From Phoronis australis (lineage: Eukaryota > Animalia > Phoronida), in contig NMRA01000372.1 in NCBI GenBank assembly GCA_002633005.1, positions 273,058-337,057 of the forward strand: a stretch of DNA of 64,000 nucleotides, in the 5' to 3' direction. The first letter of the stretch is position 1. Every line of letters begins with the position of its first letter. The notes beneath the pieces were generated by a model. It was not told the origin of the DNA. It saw only the letters and a list, made by a program, of their open reading frames with translations, and ran no database searches. Shown piece by piece: positions 11,426-24,212 of the stretch. The position numbers and the translations under genes were made by a program.

Positions 11426-14400
11426 ATGGATAGAATTGATGTGCTGCGCAAACATCTGTGTAGGCTTCAGTGCGATTCGATTGGTGATGAACGCCAAGAA
11501 AGGCGTCTGCACTTCGGTGACGTTTCGACCTCAGCTGCGAGAAGATTCACAAACAACGACGACGATGTGGTCATAGTATCCGCATTAAGAACAGCGATTG
11601 GGAAATCTCGAACTGGTTCATTTAAAGTAATTTTTGTTCTGGTTTCTAACACACTGTAATTGATTCATCAGTCACGCTCGCCTCGACACCCCAGAGACTG
11701 AAGCCAATGACTGAGCTCCGCAGTGTCTCCTTCTCTTCGCTTTTGCGGCAGTGCTGCATGACATATTACAGGCCTAACGGTTGCAAAATCAGTCTATGTC
11801 TGGCAGCCTAGGGCATGCACGCACCCAGGGGGTGCTCGGGGAATCTCAAACAAGCCCCCTGTTCATTGGTCGGAACGTACCCTGTAAAATCGTAGTGGAG
11901 CCACATTCTCAAAGGACTACCCCCGCCCCGTTTTTAGCCTGGGTGCGTGGATGTAGGTACAGTGCACTTATGGAGTCAGTGTTGCTATCGATTTTGTTGT
12001 TAACATTATTTTTGTGTTTTTCAGGACACACACATTGGAGACTTGATGTCTGCTGTACTGAAAGGTGTGCTGAACGACAGTGGCCTCAGACCTGAACTGG
12101 TCGAAGACATCTGTGTTGGTTTGTATTATTTTGAGTATCAAATTTACGTTTTTGACAGTAAAGGCAAAGGCAACCTTTTTTCATGTCATTTTTAGCAAAG
12201 ATAAGGTTCGTTGGCTATCCCAGACATATTTCCCACTTAATTACAGCTTTTCGTAGTAATTGATTATTCGTTCTCTTAACTCCGGAACTGACGTTTTGGG
12301 TGGCAGGAATTTCAAGCCAGTTTCTTTTCGTATAGTCTGACTATGAGAGCTGTGAAGTTGGTCATTGATCTACCTCGGTTGTGATATGTTTGGTCGTTGT
12401 TTGGATTTGTTTACGAGTCGGTCAACATGCCACATTGTTGCTGCGTACTGGGATGTACTCATTATGTCCCAAAGCCTGTAAGCAGCCCTGCTGCAATGTT
12501 GAATAGTGGGAGTGACAGGCCCAATGAAGAGTACAGTTTGTCGTTCAATGAAGAGATCGGTGAGCCAAACTTTGATAAGTTTATTGTGGACTTGTCTAAA
12601 GTATTGGGGCTATTTAGAAGGTGCCAGGTGTGTGGCAATGGAGTCACACGGCAGGATGTAAGCAGTTTGTGTGCTCAGGTCACTATCCAGTGGGAGTGTG
12701 TCACGGGACACTTGGGCAAGTGGGACAGTTGTTCCTCTGTCCGTGAGACGATAATGAGTACAGCCCGGTACGCGGCAATAGTGTACTGGCATGTTGACTG
12801 ACACGTAAACAAAAGCAAATGATGACCGAACTTATCGCAAACGAGATAGAACAATGACTTGACTTGGCAGCTCTCACAGTCAGACTTTATGAAAACAAAT
12901 TGGTGCGAAATTCTTGCCTCCCAAAACGTCACTTCCGGAGTAAAGAACGAATAATTGATTAAATTACGAAAAGCTATAATTAAGTGGAAAATATATCTGG
13001 GATAACCAACAAACTTTATTTTTGCTAAAAACGACATGAAAAATGGTTGCGTTCACCTTTAAGACCCCTGTGGTAATTCTGCCATGATGGTTTTTTTAAC
13101 ACACCTCACAGATCACTTCATTCTATAGTAACGGGAGCAGACTACCCGAACAATGCAACTGCTGCTGTCATAATCATTCCTAATCGGCCTGTAGTGTCAG
13201 ACACACAACACAACTCCATATCTGTGTACGGTGTTGGGTCATATTGGTGAACCAAAGCATAAGTGCGTTTTGAGAGTGGTAAGCTGTATTTTGCGAATCC
13301 AGCATCTGGGGCTCATGAGACACAACACCCATTCTCAAAGACAGAATTGTAATGCATGAGCAAAACATCAGTTCAAACTAGTATTGGACAGTTGTCCACA
13401 TAAACTGTTAACTACTCGATAATAGACTCTTACCTTGAGTTTTCACAAAAGTAAAATTATAGGAAATGCCAAAATATTTTCTATTAAAAGGATTGGTCTC
13501 CTGTCCCTGATATTTGTTACAGTGGTTCGGCAACGTTTTTTTTTTACAGAAATTCAGTGGATTAGTATTCAAGTAGAGATTTGTAATTTCAAGAGCAATA
13601 CAGGCATAGACCAGAACCAAATGCTTTTTGGTCTTGCTTGTTGTTTGGTATTATAATCATCTACATTATTGTTGATATAACTGGACTTTTTGTATCATGT
13701 TCTCATTATCAAGCTGTCCAATGTTGCTGATGTCTATTTTCAGGAAACGTTCAGCAGAGCGGTTCTTCTGCCATTAATTCCAGGATTGCTCAACTCATGT
13801 GGTATGTGTTTATATGAGCACCTGCTTCTGTCAGAGGGTGCTGTTTTCCATGAACCACTGACTTTTTACTCTGATAGTGCTAATAAAAGTTAGCTTTCAT
13901 TGATTTTTGCAATTTTTCCTCAACCGCTGTTGCAAATCTACTCACTTCACTCCACTATTTTACTTTGTTTCATTGGGCATCAGAACTAAGGTACTGAAAG
14001 CTGATATATAATTTGCATGCAAAGTTCAGGTCAAAATGGATTCCGCCATTTTTTCTCCCGTCAGCCGCACGGATTTAAGTCCTTATTTACATACACGCTA
14101 CGTTTCTACCCGTCTAAGGTCTGCATTCTCACTCGTGTTAGGTATTGGAGATTTGTAACGTTTAGTTTTGTGGCTTGTGTTGCACATCAGAATCTGCATC
14201 AAAATTTTCAACGGATTTCACTAAAGAAAATCATTATGTAATAATCTACCCATTGAAGTATTATGGTTGATGCTGTGTGTTCTGCCATCGTGATAATTGT
14301 TTTGCAGTGGTATACCTGAAACTGTTCCCTTGACAACAGTGAATAGACAGTGTTCATCTGGCCTACAGGCGGTGGCCAACATTGCTGGTGAGATATTAAG

Positions 14401-17400
14401 ACTACTAGTATGTTCAGATATTGGGTACAATGTTTTAGAAACCATGATAAGAAACACCTTTCTATTATTCTCTCCAATAGTGCAAGGAAAGTTGTTTAAG
14501 TGCTGCATTTTTTGTTTTTGATTACTCGAAGACATGATGATTTTCATTGTAACGCCATTTTCATAGTTTTGTGCTACACATTCTTGTCTCATGTGTATCA
14601 AAAGAACAGATGTGACTTCAGCATTAGGAATCGGGGCCATTCAGTGGTACCTTCTCTACATCAACCACAAAACTGGTGTCACCGTCCGTGCTTGATACCA
14701 CGGAAGTTGATCTAAGCTTCTATTGTATTGTACAGGGCAATTATCACATTAGTGATGTCTTCACAGCAATGAAATACTGGCTGAAATAAATGGAAACATT
14801 AAGGACAGAAACCGGTAATTTTTAAAACGTGTTCTGCTTGTGAACTTGAATTCCGTGAGAAAGGTTAGTAACACACGGAAGAAACATGAATAGGCAAAAT
14901 GCTGCGATGGGTTTTTATTTTTTGACTACAGTTTTTAGTCGATGTGTGTTTATATTATTGTGTTAATTCAGCACAGTAGGTAATTGGTGTTTGCATAATT
15001 ACATTGGACAAAAGACAGAATCTCGATTTATAAGAGAAAGATTGATATCAGGCCTCTGAAAACCATTATCATCTGGAATACACACCAAACGGGAGTTAGT
15101 TGTAATGAAAGCTTTCAAAATTGTAACAAATTTTTCCAGTTTCCAATATTACACGCTTGAAATTCATACTGGATCCTGTTACTTGTAATTCCTACTGGAT
15201 CCTGTTAGCCACTAAGGCCATCATGGTTTCCTGTTTAGTCAGGAAGTCTTGTCCTTTGCTGCAGCAGTAAAACATTTTGTGACCAGTCCAAATATCTTAA
15301 AGGTGAAGTGCGAAGCTTCAAGAATTTTAATCCTTCATTGATGGTGTGCTTAGAAACATAATAGGACTCTAATTTCTTTTCAGCTGCTATTAAAGCTGGT
15401 CATATCAACATTGGTATTGGAGCAGGGTAAGCTGGCTTAATCGTTTTTCTTTTTCTATAGGTTTTGACCGCATTAAATGTACCTTTTCAACATTTTCAGT
15501 TGCATCTGATTTTCATACAAGACAAACATACGCTAATTCTCAGTAACTAAGAATTTGTGCTGATAAGCTTAAAATATGACTTCAGATAAATTAAGTGGCG
15601 TTTCAGAGGCCCAAAAAAGTACAAGAAACTTATTAGGTATGGAAATTGTCTTTTTAAAATTATACTCTAAGATTGCAAAGTATGATCCACTTTATTGTAA
15701 CTCAGTCTCCACTACAAGGTTTATTACTTCAGTGTAGAGTCTTTAACAGCTAATCCTATGGGCCAACTGAAAGATGACCTTCACCCGGACATAATGGACC
15801 ATCAGTTGGCAAGGGATTGCCTGATACCCATGGGGTAAGTCGCGTCAAGATGGTACAATGTGGTACCTTGACTGCCTCAAAATCACCAATACCAACTCCT
15901 ACCTTAGTGAGTTTTCCAGAGGTACATGTAGCATTCAATAACTGTCTCGCATAAGAAATATCCAGCCAAAATCACGTACTCTCATTGAAAATACACGGCG
16001 ATGAGAGATCTTGTTTTTCTGGCAAGGTACTAGCGTGTTGAACTCCAGTGCTGTTGTCAATCTTGTTTGTTGTAAAACCTGGAAATCTTTGTGTCCAACA
16101 TCAGACATGCTGATAGGTCCACATGCTCGATTATCTACCATGCTTCAAAGAAGTAATTGAATTTTTTTCTGATGTAGGGCTGCCAACAGATTTTTCTGTA
16201 ATCTACATACTTTTAGGGCCTAACAAATCACTATCTACAGATTTTCAAGTGTTACGGATTTCGAGCATTTATTTTTCTTCAAAAAAATCAGATGAGACTT
16301 AAAATTATCTTTAATATCGTCAGTGTATCGAAGCTCCAGATTGGTGAAGATCGAGGTGGGAAGTACTGGAAAGTGACTGAAATTGCCGAGAGCACAAGAT
16401 CCGACCAATAAGACGTATCGTTAGTACCAGTGCAGAATGCAATTTTCATACAAAATTTTCCTTTTGTGATTTGTCAGTTGCAGTTCTTTGTGGGTTGGCA
16501 GCCCTGCTAATGCGATAATTGCTCTGCCTTAGGCAATTTGGCCTGTAGGTGGCGTTGGTGACTGTTGATGCTCTGCAACACAAGTTACCATGTGCAGGGT
16601 GGAGAAACATACAGATTGACATATTAAGGTGCTAGTGGTCAGATGGTTCTTTCATACTATTGCCTTACTTTGAGAGGGACCTGTCCAGGCAATGGTAGAT
16701 TATCTAAAATACAGGACATGGTGTTATTTCTTTATACTGTATTAGTTCATCTTTGTTATTTATTCTTATGATATTTCAGAGGTGCTCGAAATCTTATTCC
16801 TTGACTGTAGAACCCATATCACTGGATCAAAGCTTTTTCCATCCTCTGCAAAAAACTTTCCATGCACTGCAAGAACTCTCACCACTCACAAATAACCCTG
16901 ACCATGGAAGGTGAACTACCACCATACACAGGCACACCCACCACGGACCAATAGGCAGTGTTTAACTAGTTAGTAGAGGCACTGTCTGATATCTTTATTT
17001 GGAATCAGTGGCATTTATAGTAAAAACTTGTTTTTTTTACTACAGATTCATTGTTCAGTAATTGAATGATAGGATTATAAGATACTGAAATGGACAGAAT
17101 GGGTTCGTCAAAAGTTGATTTTTGTTGGTTTTACAGTATAACATCTGAGAACGTTGCCGAGCGGTTTGGCATCAGTCGAGCAGCACAGGATAAAATGGCT
17201 TATGAGTCCCAGATGAAGTAAGTAGTCATTATGTACTATTCTGTAATGGTGTTCATGTGTAGATAATTATGTTTTTCAATTAGAGATCCTCAGATGTATA
17301 CATGTATTAGCTGAAGATTTATTGAGAATGCAATTCTACTTAGTGTTGAGCTATTTTAAAAGCATTGATTTGATAGGTTTCGTTTTGATTGCACCATTGC

Positions 17401-20400
17401 AAACTGTTAATGTTTATTATTCAGTTTAGGACTTTTGTTGAGTTTTCAAACCAGGAAAACTAGTTTTATGTTTTTAATGCCTTACTAGCTGTTAATTGCT
17501 TCTAACTTCTTGATAATGACTTTTTAATGAATCTTCATCTTCTTTTTATTTTTTGTGTAATTTGTGATTATCCCTGTAGGTGTCTCTGTGGTTAGCGGGC
17601 TGACTGTAAAGTCTATCCCTAAATGTAATTACATTTGTTTTGCCTATGATATGAAATTAAACGCGTTACTACACTAGTTCTGCTATAGTTATCATTTTAT
17701 TATTTTTGGTAAACAGGGCCCACAGAGCAACAGTGAATGGATATTTCAAAGGGGAGATAATTCCCATTACAACCTCATTCACTGATCGGGAAGGCAACAC
17801 CAAAATGATAACGGTTAGTAGTCTCTCATCTCTGCTCAGGATCTTCTTAAAATCGGAGGATTTACCTGGAAATTACAAGCACTGCTGACTTGCCTCCTTG
17901 GGCATTACAGTTACTTTTTCAATTGTAAGGACGAGACTACCACGTCCTGGAAATACAATGCCTGTAGTTTTTTAGAGAAAGATGAAAAACTCTGTGCATT
18001 CATAAATGTTTTCGTATGATTGTTCTCTTACCTGTTTTTGATGTAACTTTGATCACTTAACTGCATTGTATAACCACTTTCTAAAGTTAAGAAATGCAGT
18101 TCTGCCAAAAAGTGTTGTGCAGTGCAGGATAGAAGCAGTTAGGTGAGGTAACATTATGGCATTTGGACCGAACTGTTTCTGAATCCCTCAACAGATGGCG
18201 TATAGATCACTTTGTTGCTCGTTTCATTCCACTGTGGAGTAGTGACAGGAAAACGCCTTGCGAATGAAAATGATGTAATCTATTACAGATATGATGTGCT
18301 TTCTGATAACACATTTTGGCTTGGAGGGGGTAACTAATGTGGCTTAAAATTTTGCAAACTGTTTTAAATTGTGGTTGTCAATCACACACAATAGGCCTTT
18401 TGAAATTGACATGCAAGGCCAGTGAAAGCAGTTTTTTGTGATCCGTGGACTTACCCTTACAACTGTTCCAGTTGGCTTGTGTAAGTAAACACAGCTTAAC
18501 AAAGGGTTTATGTTCCTGGCTGAGAAGATAGTTGTTTTATTACCCCTATGTGTTTTGAATAGCCCTGCCTGGAATGGAACTTAATTGTCGACTTTTGATA
18601 TTGTGCAGTTCATTTCAAAAACTCAGTGTAGCCAACCGTCTTTTATTAGGTGACCAAAGATGATGGTATCCGACCAAATACAAATCTACAGACGCTGGGT
18701 AAACTCAGACCAGCATTTAAAGAAGATGGTTCCACGACCGCAGGTAAACAGATAACTACCCTCCCTGTTGATTTTTATGAACTCATTTCTTCATTTCCAA
18801 AAAAAATCTGCCATTATTCTAGTTTTTTGCAGATTATATTCAGTAACTGTTTTTGCACAAGAAAAGATTAAGGTACTGGTACACTTATGACCAGGAAGAG
18901 TTTGAGACCTTTATTTGGTTTATTTAATAGTTTTTACATGTTTGGATATGAGAAGGAAGAAATGTCCTCTATGTTTATTCAAATGTTTCTCTAGGCAACT
19001 CCTCCCAGGTTAGTGATGGTGCAGCGGCTGTGTTACTAGCCAGGCGATCAGTTGCTAAGCAACTCGGACTCAAAGTGCTAGGTGTTTGGAGGTCGTTTTC
19101 GGTGGTTGGTGTGCCGCCAGACATCATGGGCATTGGTCCGGCTGTGGCCATCCCTGAGGCTCTGAAGAAAGCTGGTAAGCACTTTAACCAGTTGGAAGTT
19201 TTCATTAAGTCACCCTTTTGCCACTTGTTAATGTTCTGAGGAAGTGTAACCTTGTCTTGGACAGTGGTTGTGATCGAGTTGGCTATGTAACATCCTCTTT
19301 ATGGGGACTGGGGCTGATCACCTCTGTCAGTGGATGAGACCGGAGGATTCGAGTCCAGCTGCCAAGATTAGATATTTAGTCACATAATCCATCACAGTCC
19401 TGAGATGACGATGCAGTGGAGCCGACTCAGAGTGTACGTTAAATACATCGCTGGCTCTTAATTGTAAAAGTTGTCATGGTTTGATCTATCTTTGATATTA
19501 AACAACTCCTTTGGTCAATGCTGAAATATGGATTAATAAGACAGAAACAGAGAAGGATTCCTTCATCAGTGGGTCTTTCAATATATAAGGAATAATTTTA
19601 TAGATAACACAGAATCCTGAGGACACATTTAAAGCAATACATTTGTTTGTAAATTATTCAGCTGCTTGAGGTTGGCCTTTGTGCCCGTTCACTGGACCAC
19701 ATGCCTGTTAGTCAAGTGGAATGTGAATATAGTATTAAGCCCCCTACAACATTTTCATGAGAATTAAGGTTTGACATTCCAGTTTGTATTCAGGTGTGTC
19801 TGTTGATGACATTGACGTCTATGAGATCAACGAAGCGTTTGCAAGCCAGGCCACCTACTGTGTTCAAAAGTTGGGTATCCCCATGGAGAAAGTGAACCCC
19901 AATGGTGGAGCGATCGCCATTGGACACCCCCTGGGATGCACTGGTGCACGGCAGACGGCAACGCTGCTCAATGAACTGAGACGTAGAGGCAACAGGTAGG
20001 TTGACTACTCAATCTCAAAGAAGTGGTGCACTATACATTGAGTGCATCCTTAAACATATTGTTAACATCTGCAGTGTCCATATAAAGAAATATGAGATAT
20101 TGTTTATGATATTAACCGCATGATTAACTTTTAGCTCAATTCTTCATGTAACTGTATCAAATGTATTCCTGTACATAAGAGATTTCACCCAATATGATTT
20201 GAGGCTGCCAAGGCATGGAAAAGCATGAATTTTTGAAACCCTTTTACATTCAAGCGCATTGGAATGTGTGAATGCCAGTGCTAGTATGTTTCTTTTCTTT
20301 TCTTTTCTTTTCTGTGGCATTGCATTGCTAATTTCTGTTTCCTTAATTAAACTTATTAAAACAATAAAATAATAAAGAAATCTATTAACACATTGTCATC

Positions 20401-20816
20401 TATGGTCCTCTCTCTTAACATCCTTTTCTCAATGTTTGGGATTCATCAATAGTTACATTTGTTTCATAGAAGTTATGTAAATTGTAGTAGCCGACTTATG
20501 TCTCTAAAACATCTCAATCATAATGGGTCATGCATCATCGTGCTTTGCCACCATTTCCCTTGTCATCGTCATTGTCGCCATCGTTGTTTATATCATGATT
20601 ATCCTCGTTTTCATCACCAACATGTTCTTCATTGAATTGTTGCTCTCGCTATCTAGATTGCATTTATTTTTGTGTCCTGTTTGTTTAATAAAACGTAGTA
20701 TACGTCATTTAATTGTCCAGTTGTTTTTTTTTTCTTCCAGGGCCCTTGGTGTGGTCTCTATGTGTATAGGGACCGGAATGGGAGCAGCGGCTGTGATTGA
20801 GTACCCGGGATTGTGA
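11426..20816 (+). CDS. ACAA1: Peroxisomal 3-ketoacyl-CoA thiolase (435 aa, 12 exons)
   Basis: Exons 11426-11626, 12025-12118, 13744-13801, 14308-14387, 15384-15426, 15733-15834, 17137-17217, 17717-17813, 18650-18743, 18995-19174, 19794-19995, 20741-20816. All introns are GT-AG and phase-consistent (1308 nt total). N-terminal PTS2 RIDVLRKHL; thiolase motifs [45 protein letters not shown]. Confidence 0.96.
11814..11953. mobile_element. Family B MITE in ACAA1 intron 1
   Basis: TIR CATGCACGCACCCAGG / CCTGGGTGCGTGGATG; flanks TAGGG/TAGGT. Confidence 0.7.
12162..13058. mobile_element. Internally deleted Kolobok-like DNA transposon in ACAA1 intron 2
   Basis: ~270-bp imperfect TIRs; termini AGG...CCT flanked by GTAA/TTAA. 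Inside is a (+) ORF starting [10 protein letters not shown] (THAP-like start) with a CQVC...CVTGH..W motif, and a mirror start [11 protein letters not shown] on (-). Confidence 0.75.
16175..16506. mobile_element. hAT-type MITE with ~6-bp TSD in ACAA1 intron 6
   Basis: TIR TAGGGCTGCCAAC / GTTGGCAGCCCTG; flanks CTGATG/CTAATG. Confidence 0.7.
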
Positions 20817-23800
20817 ATGTCACCATACGTAGCATGTTGCTATGGGCGAGTGATACTGAACTGGGCGTCGTCAAGGGCGAGTGATCGAAAGCAGCATGAA
20901 GCAATAATCCAGAAATAGAAAATTGACATACTGCTGCTCCTAGCGCCACCCGGTGGTTTGAATATGTAATTATGCTTCACAGCTGCCGAGTCAGTGACAC
21001 AACATTATTTGCGTGTAGAAACATTCCAGTGAACTACTGTGCTTTTTCGAGGTGCAAGTTCATTTTTGCTCGAATTCTTCAACGGAAATTGTTTAGAGTG
21101 TTGCTAGGTTCTGGTCCACATAACAGCTCGAAACCCTAGTAATAGTTTGGGTTGTACAACTATAGTTTTACTGCAGGTATTGTAATTTGATCTTTCGGTT
21201 CCTTATTTCTAATTTTTGTAGATTCCATTATGAGGTGACTCATTGTTGTCTTATTTCATTTTGTATGTTATCACATACATGTATTTCCTGATCATGTATG
21301 TACTTTGTTTTTTCTTTTGCTTGTGTCTGGGGAGATGCAAAAGATAAAATTGTGAGCGAATGAGGGATGGGGTGACATACATGTATGTGACCAGGGAATG
21401 GCGACCAGTGAAAAACAGTTCGTGTAAGCTTATGCGCCTGTTTCCCTGCCGCCTGGTTTGGTGGCCGTTTTCTGCCGGGCCAAAATGAATCGATTTTTTA
21501 TGTGAGTGCCTTGTGATCCATACTTTTTCATCCGGACTCAAGAGCACGAAAATTACTTGGCTCATGACCTTTTATGTCTTGAAATAAGAAAGTGTGCTGG
21601 AAAAGTCACATGTCACTGGTTAATTTTCAAGCTGAGTTGCATGCAAAATTCGTTGCGCCTATGCAAGCGTACACGCGCGCACCCAAGGATGGCTCGGTAG
21701 GCTCGAACGAATCCCCATTTGGCAAAGGGTGGACAAAAAGGTCCGCCTCAGAAAAACAAAAACTCCAAAAAGTAGAAAAAGAGACAAAAGTCCACCAAAA
21801 CGGCAGGAACTGCTAAAATTCGGCGAATACACAATTAATAGCTCAGAACGTACTTCCTGAATCTTAGTAAAAGATCCACTTTCTCAAAAATTCGAGCCCC
21901 CTCGACTTCAGTTTTGGCAGGGTGATCTATAACATATGTTAGCGAATCTCGGGTCAGATGTGTCAAAGACCAACATCAGGTAAGATGAAGTTGGGGTGTT
22001 TTTAAAACCGTGAATTTTAGAGTTCGTACAGATACCATGGCCACAACTGTACGTTCCGGATTCGAGTCGCTTTCGTATAGTCCAGTCCAACTCGCGCCTC
22101 TAATCTCCACTCCCGAATACAGGGTTTTAACTAGCCCTTGCCGATTAGGTATTTCAATTGGTTACCTGGCATAGAGTATTTTCGGCATTTGTGTGGAATT
22201 TAGGAGCGCCCCGAAGTATGACTATTCTGTGGAGTTGGTAATTGTTTTAGGGATCGACGCTGGAGACACCACCGTGAACTCGTTTCCACCCTTGTAACTG
22301 CAGTGCCAACGCAGTTTCAGACCGGTGCGCCGGTAAATCACATTTGATATGCCTCATTTCAAAGCATACTTACCTTTTTATGCGCTCACTTATTTATATT
22401 TCGACACATCGTGTTGTCATCCCTGTCCGTCCGTCCGGCGTCCGCCGCTGCTCTATCTGCAAAACCCTTTGATGAAAGTTCATGAAATTTTGCACGTCAC
22501 TTCCTTTCATGGGTGGCATGGCATCTGAAAACTTTCAGACGGATCTGACTACGGTGTGCTTTAGTGAAAATGTTAGTTGTTTACGTTTACCTAGTGTATG
22601 TTCAGGTTCTCAACGGATTTTCATAAAATTTGGCAGATTTTTAGCATCTATTAATGAGATGATGCTATCCCGGCTCCCGTTTTTGGAGGGATTCGATATA
22701 TTTTGCGCCACCTAGTAGTCATTTTTACTGTTTTCAAGTCTGTTTTTGGCGTCCGCCTCCCTCTCTATCAACCAAACCACTATAGGGATTGTTGTTAAAA
22801 TTGGCGTGAATGTTGTTACTATGAAGAGGACGTATGTCGACGATATGCCGACGTCTTTGAATACTTCGGCTCCTCCTAGTGGCATTTTTGTTTTATGCGC
22901 CCATGTCTTGTGTTTCTCCGCGACGCTCTGCAGGATCTTTATTAAATTTTATTAGCAAGTGTATTGATATGAAATTGGCAACGGACGACGGCGACATTCA
23001 GACGGATCTGACTGCTAGCGTGCTCCCTAGTGCCAGTTTTAGTTTTTTTTAAGTTTACCTATGAATCTTCAAAAGTCCTCGACGGATTTTCATAAAATTT
23101 GGCATCTGTGAGATGACGGTATCCTCCCGTTTTCGGATGGATTCGAGGTATTTTGCACCATTTAGTGACCACTTTTAGTGTTTTCGGGTGCGTCGCTCTG
23201 TCGACCAAAACACTAAGGATGATTGTCTGAAGTAGGGGAGTGCTAACGATGATTTTCAGACGACTTCGTCTACTATGGTGCCTCCTAGTGGCAGTTTTTT
23301 TTAGTCATGGCTGATTCTCCTAAACACCCTGCAGAATCTGTAGTAAATTTAGCAAGTGTATTTATATGACGTTGACAACGGACGATGACGATCTGACAAC
23401 CGGTGTGCCCCCTTATAGCAATTTTAATTTTTACGTTGAATTCTGTATCTTCAAAGGTCCTCAACGAATTTTCATAAAATTTGGATTATAAGCATTTTTT
23501 GGTGAAATGACGCTATCCTCCCGTTTTTGGATGGATTCGAGATATTTTGCCTTGCCTAGTGGCCACGTTTGCTGTTTTCGATTATGTTTTTGGAGTCCGC
23601 CACTCTACCAACAAAACCCCTCTAAGGATGATTTTGAAAATTGGCATATTTGTTCTTAGTGTCGGTGTAGTGGACGCCGTGTTGGTGATCATACTGGGGC
23701 CTCCTATTGGTAGTTTTGAATACATGTACTTTTGCGCCCATAGCTGTACATATATCTCCTAATTAAACCAGTTGCTGGATCTTTATGGAGTTTAGCAAGT

Positions 23801-23910
23801 GTATTCATATGAAGTTGACAACGGACGACTTTCAGACAAATTTCATTGTTACCGCTTCCCTCTGTTTTTGAAGCTCCTTTACGGATTTTTATGAAATTAA
23901 ATAGATTTCT

Positions 23911-24212
23911 TAATAAAAACAACTACAGTTTTAAATGGAGTTGACATGTTTCGGTGCCATTTATTCAAACACCATCATCAAAAGAGAGAATATACTGGCA
24001 CACCACAAGTTGTCATTGTTTGAATGTCTAGTTTATTGTCACTCCCTGTAACTGCCTGTGTCTGTGTTTCATCACTTGTTGCTGAGCCTAGCTAGGTGGC
24101 CACTATATTCTCTCTTCTGATGATGGTGTTTGAATAAATGACACCGAAACATGTCAAGTCGGTTTAAAACCGTAGTTGTTTTATTAATGTATGCTGCTAC
24201 TTGCTATCATGG
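23911..24212. mobile_element. Penelope-like inverted insertion with 12-bp TSD (haplotype copy 25788-26089)
   Basis: Flanked by AAATAGATTTCT at 23899-23910 and 24213-24224; ~90-bp inverted arms, each with a hammerhead-like motif. Confidence 0.6.
24114..24158 (+). ncRNA. Minimal type-I hammerhead ribozyme-like motif (copy at 25991-26035)
   Basis: CTT-CTGATGA-T-GGTGTT[loop]GACACC-GAAAC-AT-GTC-AAG: conserved core, stem II, palindromic ACATGT stem III, GUC cleavage triplet, short CTT/AAG stem I. Confidence 0.55.

Noticed and set aside
19305-19470. tRNA/SINE-like B-box (gattcgagtcc); a similar hint on (-) near 9300-9400
   Set aside because: No cloverleaf could be built; may be decayed SINE heads, but too weak to call.
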